64,000 nt of DNA. Source: Macrostomum lignano. Lineage: Eukaryota. The notes beneath the pieces were generated by a model. The model was not told the DNA's origin, did no database searches, and worked only from the letters and a program-made list of their open reading frames with translations. Below are positions 45,787 to 64,000 of the stretch, one piece after another (the stretch's first letter is position 1; each line of letters opens with the position of its first letter). The position numbers and the translations under genes are program-made. The DNA is taken from assembly GCA_002269645.1 (NCBI GenBank), contig NIVC01001982.1, positions 1-64,000 of the forward strand. The letters are read 5' to 3'.

Positions 45787-48744
45787 CAATCATTTCATTG
45801 TTTCTTTTTTTCATTGCTATCTGTAGCCTCTACTAGGGATTCACTGTATAGTGTATACACAACCCTATCGCCGCCACCCCCAACACGGGGTTTTAATTGA
45901 ATTGTACACAGAACATGCATTAGAAAATTTAAAGAATGATTTTTTCTTGAATCCTGTGCTTTTTGCTTTCATGTTTAAAGCAAGAAACTTATATCCCTGA
46001 GCTCAGCGTTGCAAGCTCTTTCTACCAATATAAGTCTCTCCTCTCAAAGTTTACAACTCAAGGAACAGTTAGCATTTGAAATTTCCCTATTTCCCAACTA
46101 TTTACCTGAGAGGCTTGCAACTTCGCAAGTTTGTTCATTGAATTTCATGGCCCTGCAGCTAATACACAGGGCCGATAACAAAACCACAACCCGCAGGCAG
46201 AGGTTGGGGCTTTGGGCAACTGCAACCCTTTTACTGGAGAAGGCAGAGTGGCCACAGAAGGGCCAAAAAATGTTAAAAGCAGTTTTTTGCTTTTTTGAGG
46301 GATGTTAAAATGTGAAAATTAAAATTAAAATAGCCAAAAGCCTGCTCTAGGAAATTTGTACTTTTCCCATATAAGTTTTGACACTGATTTGCCAGAATTA
46401 TAAGAGTTCACTTGCAATATACAGACAGACAAACATGGTGTCAGTTTTAATATTAGTAGAAAAATTTGCTTAAATGCTAATTCCATTATAATATAATACT
46501 AATAAAAACTAGTCTAATATATTGTACTATTTATAATGAATGATATAAAAGTCAGCTTTTCATTGTTTATTTTTGCTTTATTTTCAGTTTTTAAAAATCA
46601 ATTAGTTGCTAATTGTATAAAATGTCAATCATTAGGATGATATCTTAATTAGCAAAAAAGAATAAAAAGTCTGTAGTGCTTCAATATTGTACAAATTTTA
46701 GCAATAAATATATGATTTCTTAGAAACTAAACATGCACAAAGTACTGGATAAATATTTTGTTTTAATGCACTGTGTCTAAGCTTTGATAAATATTTGTTT
46801 GCAAGTGAATAACAGTTTAATCTATAAAATCCTTAGAGACTTTGGAGTTGAAACTTATTCATTTACAAAATACTAAGAAACAATTCTAAAAAAATTGCTA
46901 AGAGAGGGAGGCACATGACTAAGACTACCACACACTAAGACTATCACAGCTATTACTGGCTACTAATATTAAGGGGGAGCTACCAATCTTTCATCATTGC
47001 TACTCCTCTCATAGGCCTAGTCATAGGTTCCTCTATTGCAGGCTTGTCCTGCTGGCTCTCCTACCTACTTATCTTCTCTCTCACACCATTTAATAACACA
47101 TTGAGCCAAATTCCTATCTTAGCTCCTTAGTGTGAGTCTTAGTGTATGGCGGTCTTTGTCCTACACCAAGAGGGAATTAGGACTAATTCTCGAAGATATA
47201 CCAAGAGAGGTGCCATGACCTTATCGTCCCAGTGAATGCCTGATTAGGACTAACTAACTCATATACCAGTATTAGACCACTCAGGCCATACAAAGGACAC
47301 TACCAGAGCCATACATAAGATGCTACCCATAGTCAGGATCATGGCACAGGTATGCTAGAATAAAAAGTGGGTCTCCCTAAAACACACCCCATGCCGCCCC
47401 AAACTGCTACACATTATAACAAACTTGGCTATAACTGAAGACATTTCAAAGTTAGTAAGTTCTCTGTTAAGCTTCAAGTTTGTATCGAATTTAGTTTTTT
47501 CACTATGAAATATACAATTCGGTGAATAATAAGCAATATTAATAGTAATATTAGTAAAATAATCTCTACATATAAAAATCAAAACTCTCTGTGTATGTGT
47601 TTGTGTACAAATTACTTCGCTATGGACTCCCAAACCGCTCCACCAATAACACCAAATTTTGCACCCACCCTAAATTCACTACAGAAAGTGTTATAAGCTA
47701 CCTTAAAATTTCTTAAATTTGAGTCTTCCTACTAAAAATGCAAAAAAACTGCTTAAAATGCACGATTTTTTCACTAAATGCTCCATAGCGCCGCTCCACT
47801 TCTATCAATCATTTTCAAATTTGACACACTCAAACTTCAACTATTTTGACACAATCGTGTAAAATTTTGAGTCTTAAAGTTAATCTTGAACGGCGCTGTG
47901 CACTTTTAAAGTTAGGCTGTTTTTTCAGCATAGCAACCACCCCAACCTCCGCCTGCCTGCCTCTCTTTCCCGATCCTGATCTGGGCCCAGATGTGTAAAA
48001 GGGGTTTCAAAATTGACTAACTTTTGGCTGCCATAAGTTTGCTCCATGTGAAGCGATTGACTTCAAATTTGACACCATTTTTTATTGACTCATTCTCTGT
48101 CTAATTGTAAAGTCTCAACTCTGTATCTCAATCAGAACAGAAACTGTAGGCATGTGAAGTCTGTCTGCTTTTTCTGTTGTTTGCCGCTCATCCAACTCAT
48201 TCCCCCAGACAAAGGATCAGGCAATAGGGCTCAATGTACATAGCGAATGTACAGTGTTTCAAACTACTTCAAGTAGATTCAAACTACTGTCCTCTGTATA
48301 GACAAGTCGCAGCAGTTAAACAGTGATAGCAAATCAAGGCAATGTGGGATGGTTTGTAAAAATAGTGAAAAATTAATGAATAACTGATTACAATGCAATC
48401 CTACTAAATTAGTTACACCATGAAAATTTTAACATTGAGATTCGCATAAGGTACTTTAAAATTTAAATGGCCTCCTAATAAATGCATATTTCCTTGGTTT
48501 TTAGACTGCTGCAGACTGTGGTGGTGGAGCTGGAGAATGGAGATACACAAATTCCTCTCAGGGCTGCTAATTGGCCAGAAAGATTACGTGATTAAAGCAT
48601 GAGAAATGATAACAACCATGATAGTACTACGTCCCATGATAGTACTTTCAAATCAGGGATCGGCAGATTTTTATCTCAAAGGCCAGATAAAGAATCCAGC
48701 TCAGGGCTGCGGGCCAGATGAGAGTGAAAAGGAAAAGGAATAGA

Positions 48745-49136
48745 CTATTAGAGAGGGAGGAGAGGCGAGAAGGGGATAAGAGAAAAGATAGAAGATAACA
48801 GGAGAGACGAGGGGGTTGAGGAGAGAGCAGAGAATATGGGACGAAGAAGCGAGAGGAGGGGAGAGAGAAGGGAGAGGAAATAGTAGAGGTGAGAAAATGG
48901 AGAGAGAAGAGGGGAGAGATGAGACAGGATCGATCAGAGAGGAGAGTAGAGAAGAGTGAGAAGAGATGAGAGAACAGAGAGGTAGATGAGAGAGGATCGA
49001 GAGGAAAGATTCGAAAGGATAGAGAAGAGAAGAGATAAGATGGAGAGAGAGGGGGAGAGAGAGGGATGAGAAGAGGAGATAAGAGATGAAAGAGAGAGAT
49101 GAGTGAGAAGATGAGATAAGAGATAAGAGATAAGAG

Positions 49137-49205
<69 letters not shown>

Positions 49206-49931
49206 GAGAAAGAAGAGAGGAGAAAGGAGAGATGATAGAGTAAAGGGAAGAGGAAGAGAGAGGAAAGAGATGAGATTGTAGAGATGAGACAGATGAAAGG
49301 AGAGATGAGAGAGTAAAGATGAGAGATTTAAAAGGTGAGAGGAGAGTGCAAAGAGACGAGAGAAGATAATAGAGGAGAGAGTATAGAAGAGGGAAGAGAA
49401 AAGAAGAGAGGAGTAAGGAAAGAGAGGAGTCAGAAGAGAGGAAAGAAAAGAGTACACAGGAAAGAGGAGAGTAAAGATGACAGAAGAGCGAGGGGGATGA
49501 GAGAGCAAAGATGAGAGTGAATAGAGGAAGGAGAGATGAGAAGTGAGACTAGAGAGATAAAGGAGGGGAGAGTGGAGAGAGAAGAGAGAAGACAAGAGAG
49601 GGAGAGAGTATAGAAGAGAAGAGAAGAGAAGAGGAGAAAGGAGAAAGGAAAGAGAGGAGTCAGAAGAGGTGAAAGAGAAGAGTACAGAGGAGATAAGTGA
49701 GAGAACATATAAGAGAGTAAAGATGACAGATGAGAGAGCAGAGATCAGGGTGAACAGACGAGAGATAGGAGAGTAGAGAGAACAGAGGAGAGATAAGAGA
49801 GAAGAGATTACAGAGACTAGAGGAGAGAGGAGAGACAGGGAAAGAGAAGTGAGTGAGGAGAGAAGAGGAAAGAGGAGAATGAAGAGGGGAGAGAGTAGAG
49901 AGGAGAAGAGAGATGGGAGAGGAGAGATAAA

Positions 49932-50002
<71 letters not shown>

Positions 50003-50290
50003 AGAGCAGAGCAGAGCAGAGCAGAGCAGAGAGAAAGGAGAAGAGATAAGAGAGAAAAGATAAAAGAAAAAGGAGAGATAAGAGAGCAGACAAGAGAGAA
50101 GAGAGGTGAGGGAAGAGACGAGAGACGAAGGGAGAGAGGAGAGATAAAACAAGAAAAAAGATGAGAGGAAAGAGAGAGAAGAAAGAGTAGATAGAAGGAA
50201 GAGATGAGAGAAAAGGGGGAGAGAGGAGAGGAGAAAGAGAAGAAAGGAGAGACGAGAGACGAGAGAGAAGAGAGGAAACAGAAGAGAAGA
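48745..50290. repeat. About 1.5-kb polypurine (AG-rich) low-complexity tract with pure (GA)n runs
   Basis: Directly visible; source of the spurious L/S-rich ORFs. Confidence 0.95.
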
Positions 50291-50914
50291 TACAAGTTGC
50301 AATCGATCCAAGGTATTCAAGGGATCCAAGGGAGAGGCAGAGGCCAGAGTTTGCCAATACATGTTTTAGAGTCAGACAGACATTGCCCGACATTCTGCGC
50401 AGCATGTACCCTAGCCAACAATATCAAATGTTTGCCTCAAATCCTAATTTTACATGAAAGTACTCCATTTTATGTTTACTCTATCCTACTAACCATTAAC
50501 AAGTTTTTGTTTGAGTATGGCCTCAGATCTTAGAGCACATGCACAAATATTTCCTGCAATCAGAATTCCCCGGGTTCAAAATCCACGGGTTTCAACAGCT
50601 TGTCTTATAATATATATTTAAGGTCAAATCAAGGATTGATTTAATGGATTTCAAATATAACACACTTTAACTAGAAATCTAAAGCCTAAACTCTGGCCTT
50701 GGGTATTTTGCTAGGACTAATTTCTGCTTATTAAAGAAAATTTAATTTTTGAATCTATAAGACTATATTATATATATTCTTACTCTGATAGATCTTTAAC
50801 ATTAAATGTAATATTTTAAATTCTAAATCTAGACAACTAGAGGAGGACAGTGCAGTATATAAAGCCTACAGAGAGTTTTTAATGTTAATTTAAAATATTG
50901 GTGTTATTTAAATT

Positions 50915-51779
50915 CAGTGTTGGGCAAGTTACTCAAAAAAAGTAACTTGCGTTACTGTAACTTAAGTTACCAATTTTTAAAAAGTAACTTACGTTAGCCT
51001 AGTAACTTTAGACAAAAACCCGGTAACTTTTAAGTTACTGTCCGTTACTCACTTCCGTTACCCATGTTATTAACAAAATTTTCTGCTTTTTTCACATTGC
51101 ATTTTTTTACATTGTTGTTACCGAAATTTGCCATTGGGCATTGGGATTAACCGATTAACAGACAGAGACAGCAATTGGCGACACGATGTGAGGCAAGTAG
51201 AAGGACCGATGGGCAATGGCAATCAATAATTAAAATTATAAATGATAAAATAAACGAATATCAATAATTCAATAGAGTAAAATAAATAACTGTATAAAAT
51301 GGTGTAGTGTACTGCAGTGCCAGTGGAGGGACTTGTGGAGGCTACAGACGAATTTCTTTCTTTGGTTGTTTGTTTGAATCAAACTTGAAAATTTTTAGTA
51401 AATTGAAAATGAGAAATAAAAATTGAAAAATAAAATGAAAGGCGAAAATATTTTACTGAAATTATAACTAAGCAAAACATGTTTTAAGTATTTCTTCATT
51501 AATTAAAGCGCAATACCAAATGATACTATTCACTTAATTTTGAATTAGGAATGAAAAATGCAAAAAAATGTGACAACCGGCGTAATAGCTAAGCATTTCA
51601 GTTTTAAATTTAAATATTGCGATTGTTGCAAAGTAACTGTAACGGACTTCTGAAATTTGAGTAACTTACCGTTACTCCGTTACTAAAATAAAAAAGTAAC
51701 TTGCGTAAGGAACGCTTTACGAAAAAGTAACTTGCGTTACCATTTGCAAGTTACTCGGTAACGGAAGTGCCCAACACTG
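50915..51779. mobile_element. hAT-type MITE, 865 bp, TIR CAGTGTTGGGCA, 8-bp TSD TTTAAATT, GTAAC/GTTAC subterminal motifs
   Basis: TSD at 50907-50914 and 51780-51787; perfect 12-bp TIR; CAG-starting termini with an 8-bp TSD are typical of hAT. Confidence 0.9.
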
Positions 51780-53846
51780 TTTAAATTTACCATATTAAAT
51801 CTTTTTACCTATTTTCTTTGTTAATAATAATATTAATAATGTCCCCAACACTTATCGACTTATGATTATGACCTATGATTTTATAAGCTAGGCCTACACT
51901 AGCTTTTAAACTGACATAGGTCATAGGCTAATATCAATGAATTTATTGTACATATCGTTCAGATTTAGTATATCATGTTTGATATCATCCAAAGATCCAG
52001 GTACAAGTACAAGTACAACATTGTAACATAGGCCTAGTCCTAATCGTGGAAACAGCAGTGGTTTAAAAATAAATTATAATTGACTACGTAAGATTATATT
52101 TTACATTATAAGATATTGAAAATGATGTGTCGCGTAAAATACAGCGCTTCTGGTACTTCGATTTTATTGTATGTTTTTTGGGTTCAGTTTAATGCACTAA
52201 GTTAAATTCAACTGTTTTATGGAAATCAGCAGATAAAAAAGTATATAAAATTATTTAAGCAGATTCAAACAAAACTGTTAAAACTAGGCCCCTATTATTA
52301 CCAGTTTAGCTTCTAATACAATTACGGCAGTTAAATAAATGCAATTTATAGAAACTTATAAGTTTAATTACATAGATTTTGTTATTTCCATTATAAGTTT
52401 TTTCGGCTTTTTTCCGTTTGTGTACTTTATCAGTTTGGTACAAAAGAAATCCTACCGGACTACTAAAGAACGCTCAAGTCATGCTTGGAAAATAAAAGCG
52501 AAAAATAGTTTAAAGTACCATTCATATTTCTCAAAACTGTCTCGTGTTGACTTGTACTATCTACTGCCGCAGTGAAAAATGATGAAAGTCCTGCAGATCT
52601 CGGTCGAATACACGCTAAAATTATATGCAAATTTAGTCCTAATTGTAGTCTGATGACTCTAAAGAACGGCGATTATAACAAAGGAAACTTTGATAGCAAT
52701 TGAGTTGAACTGCAGTTCACGGTCGACGTATATATAATGTATATAATGTCATTGTACGTTTTCTCATCCATACATGTATACTCTCCCTTTGATTCCCCAT
52801 TTCAGAGTCGCCCTTCAATATAATCCCCTTGCTTGCAATCAATCGGAGCTGCAGCGATTGGTTGAGACGACGACGACGTAGTTCCCGCAATTTTCTATAT
52901 TCTAACTCCGACCATGTGCAATAATAGGCATTGATCTGAGAATGCAAAAGACAACTGCAGGGAATTAAGGCTCTTCCATTCCCAATCAATGTCCAATCAT
53001 TCATCGTGAAAGTATAAACTCTCAGAGTAGAAAATTAGTATACAGCGTAGCATTTAGTAATTTATGGAGACAAGGGCCGGAGACAAAATCACTACTCTCT
53101 CAGTAGTAAATAGTTCGATAGAGTAAATATCTGGAGACAAGCTCACAGTTGAAAAATAAACTACACGAGGTAGATGGACATGTACGTAGATTATCCAGCT
53201 GACTCAAAATTGATTTCACTTTGATTCTAACGTCGAACTCCACATGCACCCTATGACTACTGGCAAGTAAATTGTGACGATATTAAATTACTTTAATCCA
53301 TTTTTAAGTAGAAGTTCCATACTTCGAAAAGCCTGCTTCAGTGCTTTGAAATTGGAGATGGCAGTGGCATCCCCTGTCTCTTGAATGCAAAAAATCTCCC
53401 ACTGAGAAATGGTTAGAGAAATTCTCAGCTTTCAATATTCGCACTGATGTTCATTTGAAACCGATGGAAATAATGGCTTTTAGAGGTAAAGAAGCAGCCG
53501 TAGAAGAACTTTTGTTGAAGTTTCGCATGAACAGGCAAATAGCTATATAGTAGTCAAAGTACATGTACTAACCTTTGTAGCTATTTTAGAGATTCCTTTT
53601 TGGCAAATATCTTATAAGTACTCGCGTATAATTATTTCCAACCAATGAGATGGAATTCGTACTATCAATAATAAGAAATTAGAATTTTAACACAACCAGT
53701 GTACGTATTACGTTAGGTTATCAGTTGAAGAGCAAAAAAGTCAATTTTAATCACGAAAACTTTTAGCCATATTCCTTTTATTTTTTGTTCCACAAAAAAT
53801 GAGAAACTCTAAATTTAAAACAAAACTATCTCATCGCGGCGCCGTG

Positions 53847-56839
53847 TCACAATAATGGATAGCGGTGTGCCAAAAAACTGAGAAAAGCCAAAAATGAGAG
53901 CGTAGACCGTTTGGACAAACCAGCGACTTTTCGAGCAGACATCTTCTTCCCCTTGCGAGTATTACCGGAAGTTCCGGAACACATGCCCATATGATAGGGC
54001 ACCTTGAACTCTTTGGGATAGAGCGCCCTCATTTTGTCCACATCCAGTTTGGTCATGGACTGTCTGTTAGCTAAAATTTTAGACCCGTCAGATTTCTTAA
54101 CCATGGTGTAGGCTCCGTTGCAGGAGAAGTGACAGGAGCCGTAGTGCATGATCGATGCGCTGTCGTAGGTTAGCTTTAGACTCGGGTCCGGCCCATCCAT
54201 TATAATGTAGTAGTTTGAGCACTCAGATGCTGCAATGTTTTGGGTTAGCAGAGTGACATGTTTATCTCGGTCTGGTCGGCACTGCTCGTGATACCGACCC
54301 AGAGCATGCAGAATCTCGTGCTGGATTGTGCCGAACGGGCAGGAGTCCTCGTGAAGCCAAACGCGGGTGAAAGTTGGTTGCATGCCAACTTCAGCCCGGC
54401 ACTGCGATAGAAAATTGATGACGTTAAGAATTGTTAAAACTGAAGGTGCTACCTATTTATTTGAATTTTTCTAATAAATTTATATCATTGATTTTAGGTT
54501 CCTTCCACTGAAACGTAGATTTGAGGCTGGGGAAGGGGGACAGGATCGATTCGCGGTCCTCACACTTCCGGGACGCGCGCCTTATTATAATAATTTGTAA
54601 TCACATAATTAGCCTGAAGCTTCTACGACCCAAGCCAGTGAAGGTCGACTTCACAGGGGACGACAGAGTGTGTAAATGTGTACACTACATGCTCGACAGT
54701 GAGAAATCAGGGCCGCTGTACACCCTGTAGGTTGTAGCCTAGTGGTTAGAACGTCGGACCCATGAATTGGAGGTCGAGGGCTCGAATCTCGACTCACTCG
54801 GAACAGTTTGTGTCGTTAAGCAAGATATTTGACTCTGCATTGTTTCAATTCACCCAGCTGTAGAATGGGTGCCAGCATTAGCTGCAAGGGTAATCGAGGT
54901 TGTGTGTGGCGACCCCCCAACAGCCGCACGCAGCCGCAATAGCTCTGCGGCTGAGCTGTCGGTTGCACATCTGGACCAATTGGGCATTATGTGTTACACC
55001 GAATTCGTCAACATCTAATTCGTCAACAGACCTAAAGTTTAAGAAATTGGTGGAAATCGAATTCCTCAACAGTTAAAACAAGCTGAGCGAATTCGTCATT
55101 CGGCGATCCATACTATGTACGAGTACATAATACCACGTTGTACATAGTTGAGTATATCCAGATACAATTACAAGTATATCAAGAGTCCATCGGGGTGTAA
55201 CGGTTTGTGTGCTGCGTATGCTTTATTACACTTTATTGCATCTCTCGAGTGAAGTACGTCACTATAATTCAAATTTAATCCCAAGTTTTGTTTATTTCAA
55301 CCATTAACAAGGTTTTGGACTTCAGATTTCAAAATGCGTGCAAAAATATTTCCGAGCACTTAATATTGGAAATCAGTGGGTTTAAAATCTGCGGGTATTA
55401 GCAGCTTGTAAAAAATTAATATCAAATAAAAACCCTGATCCTCCTTCGTTATCTTACATGTGTCTTCTCAATAGGCTTTTTGTCTTTAAATTTTTAGCGA
55501 CTTACTTAGCGACTAACTTAGCGACTTAGCGACTAATTACTTAGCGACTAACTTAGCGACCAACTTACGCTCGTATATAAGCGTACGTACGTTCCGTGTA
55601 TGCTCAGGGGTCAACAGAATGGCATGACGGCGCCCCCCCCCCTGCGAACATGTCCTTGCATTCATGCCTGTGGATTGCTTTGTCGATTTGAAACTTAGCA
55701 GCAACTACAACCCCACTGGAGACTATGGAATGAGCTAATCCTGTTCAAATTCCATATATGCTTAATTAACATCAGCCAACTTCGTGCCGACTCACCAGTT
55801 TGTTCACATCATTAATGATGTGCATGTAGCCTTTGCGGCAGATTTCACCGCTTGAGGTTTGCGCCGCCTTGAACTCCAAATGCTCCTCGCCAACATTTTC
55901 CTGGATAATTTTCATTGCCTCGAGAATCTTCTTTGAGTAATCGAAGCTGAATGAGGGATCAATCAAGTAGAATATGATGCCGCCAGGCCAGAACTTCATG
56001 TTCAAGTTGTAGTTCGGGTCCAAGGTGTCAGAACTCGCCCGATCGGCCTGTCCCCTGGACGATGGCGGTGGACTCCTGGGAAACACCATGTCGTCAATCA
56101 CCAGATATTCGGTTCCGTACGGGGTTTTTTCGATTTGGCCCATTGAATTTCTGAGGAAATAAATATGGCTTGTCTATCAATACATTGTACAGTGACATTC
56201 ATGAATGTTATATATTTAGCAAAAACATATTCATTCAAATACTTTTTTCTTTACCTCAGGAGGGTGTCCTTGATTGGCGGATATCCACCAGTCTGGAATG
56301 TATTGTTCAGATAGGATCGCGGAATTAAAAAAGTTATAAGTTAAACCTTAAATATTCGAGTTAAATATTAATTTAGCTTTAATTAACAAGGTACATATAT
56401 AGTCATTTTAATTTTGTTTAACAGTATATGCTTTTGGTAATCTTACTCGCAAACAAGCTAACATTTATAACTAGATTTTTTAAAAGTACAAGTAAAAATT
56501 ACATATCTTATTAAACTAACAGTTATCCGTGACGTTAGAAATGCCTGCATACTTACAGGCTAATGCCTGCAAGGGGACGGACATGGCCCTTCTGCGAAGA
56601 TCCAATTGATTGTGGCACATAGCTAAATAACTATAATTATATATTCATTGCTAAGAACTCAAACTTACTGAACTTTTTATGGCAGCCGTGCAACTGCAGC
56701 TCTTATTTCGAAAGTATGGGCACTGGAGATTCTTATTGTTGCTGTTTTTATTGCTTTTGCTAGCGGCCTGATTTACAGGCAACGCCTGCAGACCAACACA
56801 ACAAGTTGCAGCAACGATTAGCAGAGTTTGCCACTGCAT
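53847..56839 (-). CDS. Astacin-family (M12A) metalloprotease, copy B; exons 56839 (or 56881)-56669, 56292-56255, 56150-55796, 54401-53847
   Basis: Signal-like MQWQTLLIVAATCCVGLQA; VIDDM in the Asp-switch position; FWPGGIIFY; HEILHALGRYHEQCRPDRD; Met-turn SIMHY; splice phases 0, 2, 0 are consistent. Confidence 0.9.
54728..54965 (+). mobile_element. tRNA-derived SINE in astacin B intron 3
   Basis: A-box TAGCCTAGTGG (54735-54745) and B-box-like GGCTCGAATCTC (54779-54790), followed by TTGTGTC..AAGCAAGA...CACCCAGCTGTAGAATGGGTGCC, resembling conserved SINE central domains. Confidence 0.75.
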
Positions 56840-57103
56840 TGCAGAATTTTTTGCAGCCTTTGAAGACGCCGGCAGCTTCATGCCAGATTCGGCTGCTCAT
56901 TTTCGAAAAAAATAGACAAAAACAACCCCTTTTTTAGGAGCTTCGGTCTGCATTGTGTGCATCTCAAACGAAAATGCGATATCATTTTCCATAGCTGTGC
57001 AGAAGTAGCAGAATCAGATTGAGTCTATGGTCAAATTTTAAAGCACTTCGGACTTTAGGAACTTTGTACTTTCCAATTGTCTGGCGTAACTTTGCAGTAG
57101 CTG

Positions 57104-57764
57104 GGTGCTGGCGCCCCTTGGTGCTGGCGCCCCTTGGTGCTGGCGCCCCTTGGTGCTGGCGCCCCTTGGTGCTGGCGCCCCTTGGTGCTGGCGCCCCTTG
57201 GTGCTGGCGCCCCTTGGTGCTGGCGCCCCTTGGTGCTGGCGCCCCTTGGTGCTGGCGCCCCTTGGTGCTGGCGCCCCTTGGTGCTGGCGCCCCTTGGTGC
57301 TGGCGCCCCTTGGTGCTGGCGCCCCTTGGTGCTGGCGCCCCTTGGTGCTGGCGCCCCTTGGTGCTGGCGCCCCTTGGTGCTGGCGCCCCTTGGTGCTGGC
57401 GCCCCTTGGTGCTGGCGCCCCTTGGTGCTGGCGCCCCTTGGTGCTGGCGCCCCTTGGTGCTGGCGCCCCTTGGTGCTGGCGCCCCTTGGTGCTGGCGCCC
57501 CTTGGTGCTGGCGCCCCTTGGTGCTGGCGCCCCTTGGTGCTGGCGCCCCTTGGTGCTGGCGCCCCTTGGTGCTGGCGCCCCTTGGTGCTGGCGCCCCTTG
57601 GTGCTGGCGCCCCTTGGTGCTGGCGCCCCTTGGTGCTGGCGCCCCTTGGTGCTGGCGCCCCTTGGTGCTGGCGCCCCTTGGTGCTGGCGCCCCTTGGTGC
57701 TGGCGCCCCTTGGTGCTGGCGCCCCTTGGTGCTGGCGCCCCTTGGTGCTGGCGCCCCTTGGTGC
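57104..57764. repeat. Perfect 16-bp minisatellite CTTGGTGCTGGCGCCC, about 41 copies, between the astacin genes
   Basis: Directly visible. Confidence 0.98.
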
Positions 57765-58111
57765 TTAAGCCCCTAGTTTTTTGTAGCTTTTTATCTCCAC
57801 AATTTAATGTTTATATACTTCATAACTGCAATACATTTTCGCATCAAACAAACCTGATACGACGCCTAGAGCAAGGTGAAATATTTCGTTGGTTTGGTTA
57901 GGTTTCCTATACAAAATTTGCAGACTATTAATGGGACACAGAAAATTAGGAAAAAATGCGTACAAATGATGGTTAAATTAATAATTTTATATTAAAAAAA
58001 CACTCAGTTTCTTCACAGTTTTGTAAGGATGCATGAAAAATAAAATTATTCAACTTTTTCGAGTATATTTTACTGCTTCGGTAGAAATGAGTTGCAGATG
58101 TGTGCAATAAT

Positions 58112-62816
<4,705 letters not shown>

Positions 62817-64000
62817 CAGCCATAAGATTGTTAAATCTAATCGAATCTAATTTATTTTTCTATTAGTCTTGCTTAGATAATCAGTTGAAAATGGGGACAT
62901 TATTTTTTGTCTATGGTGAATGATCAGAAAGGAAGTGTTGCTTTAAAAGGATGGGAGGCGTTGGTGATAAGCGTTTGCTTAAATGTGCAATACATACGAA
63001 ATAGAAGGCCTTTCTTGACTTGACGTTTCTTCGGTAGAAAGTCTGGAAACCTCGTGACAATTTTTTAGAAGTACAGAACTTTGTACTTACTTTTTGAAAT
63101 TTCTCAATATCTAACATCGATTTGTTCCCTCTTTTCTTATTTCTTCTGGAGCTGAATTCAACGATCAAAACAGCTCATTTATTTAAATATATTAATATTC
63201 TCAGAGGCCTTCGGCGACATCCTCCCACACCAAGGTATTGCTTCTTACCTTGAAAGTGGTGTCTTCGGATGAGTACTCCTTTTGTCGATCTGGAATTCCT
63301 CGATGTCAGTTCGTCTAGACGCTTTGATGCTGGTAGCTCGATGCTAGTTTCTCTTTTACTGCCCAGGTGTCGTCCCTGTCCGGTATCTGTAGTCCGGACC
63401 AATGAGAAACTTCGAATTAACAACGGGGATCCCTGCGCTGCGCTGCGGTTTCAAATAAGCCTTCTCCTTCTAGTGGATTCCTTCTTAATCCACTCTAGGT
63501 ATAGCTCCGGTAATCACTGATAGTCTTCTAGGGCCGCTATCAGGGTAGTCCTTCTGGAGACTACAACCAATGGAGTCTCAAACAGACTCAGTCACAATAT
63601 CAATTTGAGTCGATTCAACAACTAGCGCAAATAAGTAAGGATTACCGCAAATAACTCAGCCGAGTCCTTTTTGACTTGGTCTGAAGAAAGTCTGGCTTCC
63701 TCTTCGAAGCTTCTTCTCTCTGACAGATTTTTGACGCTCCGGTCCTCTTCGGACAACTTGTTTTTATAGAGAAACGGACCCCACGTGAGGTCGTTGGGTA
63801 CATTTTCTTAAATGTCAAAGGGTCACGCTTTGGTTGCTGTCAAGCATGACATGGTAGAAAGTTAAGCAACAAGTCTACTGTAAGTGCGCATGATTGGTTA
63901 ACGTAGCTGGGTTATTTTTGATTGGTTCATTCGGTGCAGACCGAATGATGAATCGCTGATGTGGTTTGAAATGATAATTTGTAGGTCACGCATGAAAGGT

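Noticed and set aside
54728-54800. tRNA gene
   Set aside because: A and B boxes are present but there is no complete cloverleaf or acceptor stem, and the sequence continues into a SINE-like body.
56556-56621. Extra small exon in astacin B (AG...GTAAGT bounded)
   Set aside because: No acceptor choice keeps the frame without a stop; exon 1 joins the 38-nt exon directly in phase 0.
62911-63760. ORF fragments at the right edge, possibly a decayed retroelement
   Set aside because: Multiple stops and no diagnostic RT or endonuclease motif within the window.

Overview
Eukaryotic, intron-containing animal DNA with no prokaryotic operons or CRISPR arrays. The minisatellite-filled introns, TTAGGG tract and Penelope-like elements suggest an invertebrate, possibly a Macrostomum-like flatworm (inference only). 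By manual splicing I reconstruct eight host genes: the terminal exon of an FN3 + single-TM receptor (+), a strongly diverged type II pantothenate-kinase-fold gene (-), a C19orf47-like SAM gene (-), an intronless Apaf-1-like CARD/NB-ARC/WD40 gene (+), an SLC44/CTL choline-transporter-like gene (-), a FAM219-like gene (-) and two tandem astacin metalloproteases (-). Mobile DNA includes at least three Penelope-like retroelement (PLE) copies with hammerhead ribozyme motifs, a 4.1-kb CCC-ended TIR element carrying a spliced coiled-coil ORF, an hAT-type MITE with an 8-bp TSD and a tRNA-derived SINE. About 20 distinct tandem repeat arrays explain most of the long ORFs in the supplied track, which are not real genes. 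The best leads are the PanK-fold protein with a remodelled substrate pocket, a PLE family whose linker lies after rather than before the GIY-YIG domain and which abuts (TATC)n, and the cargo-carrying TIR element. Three apparent 1-nt frameshifts may be assembly errors. Family assignments come from remembered motifs; no searches were run.
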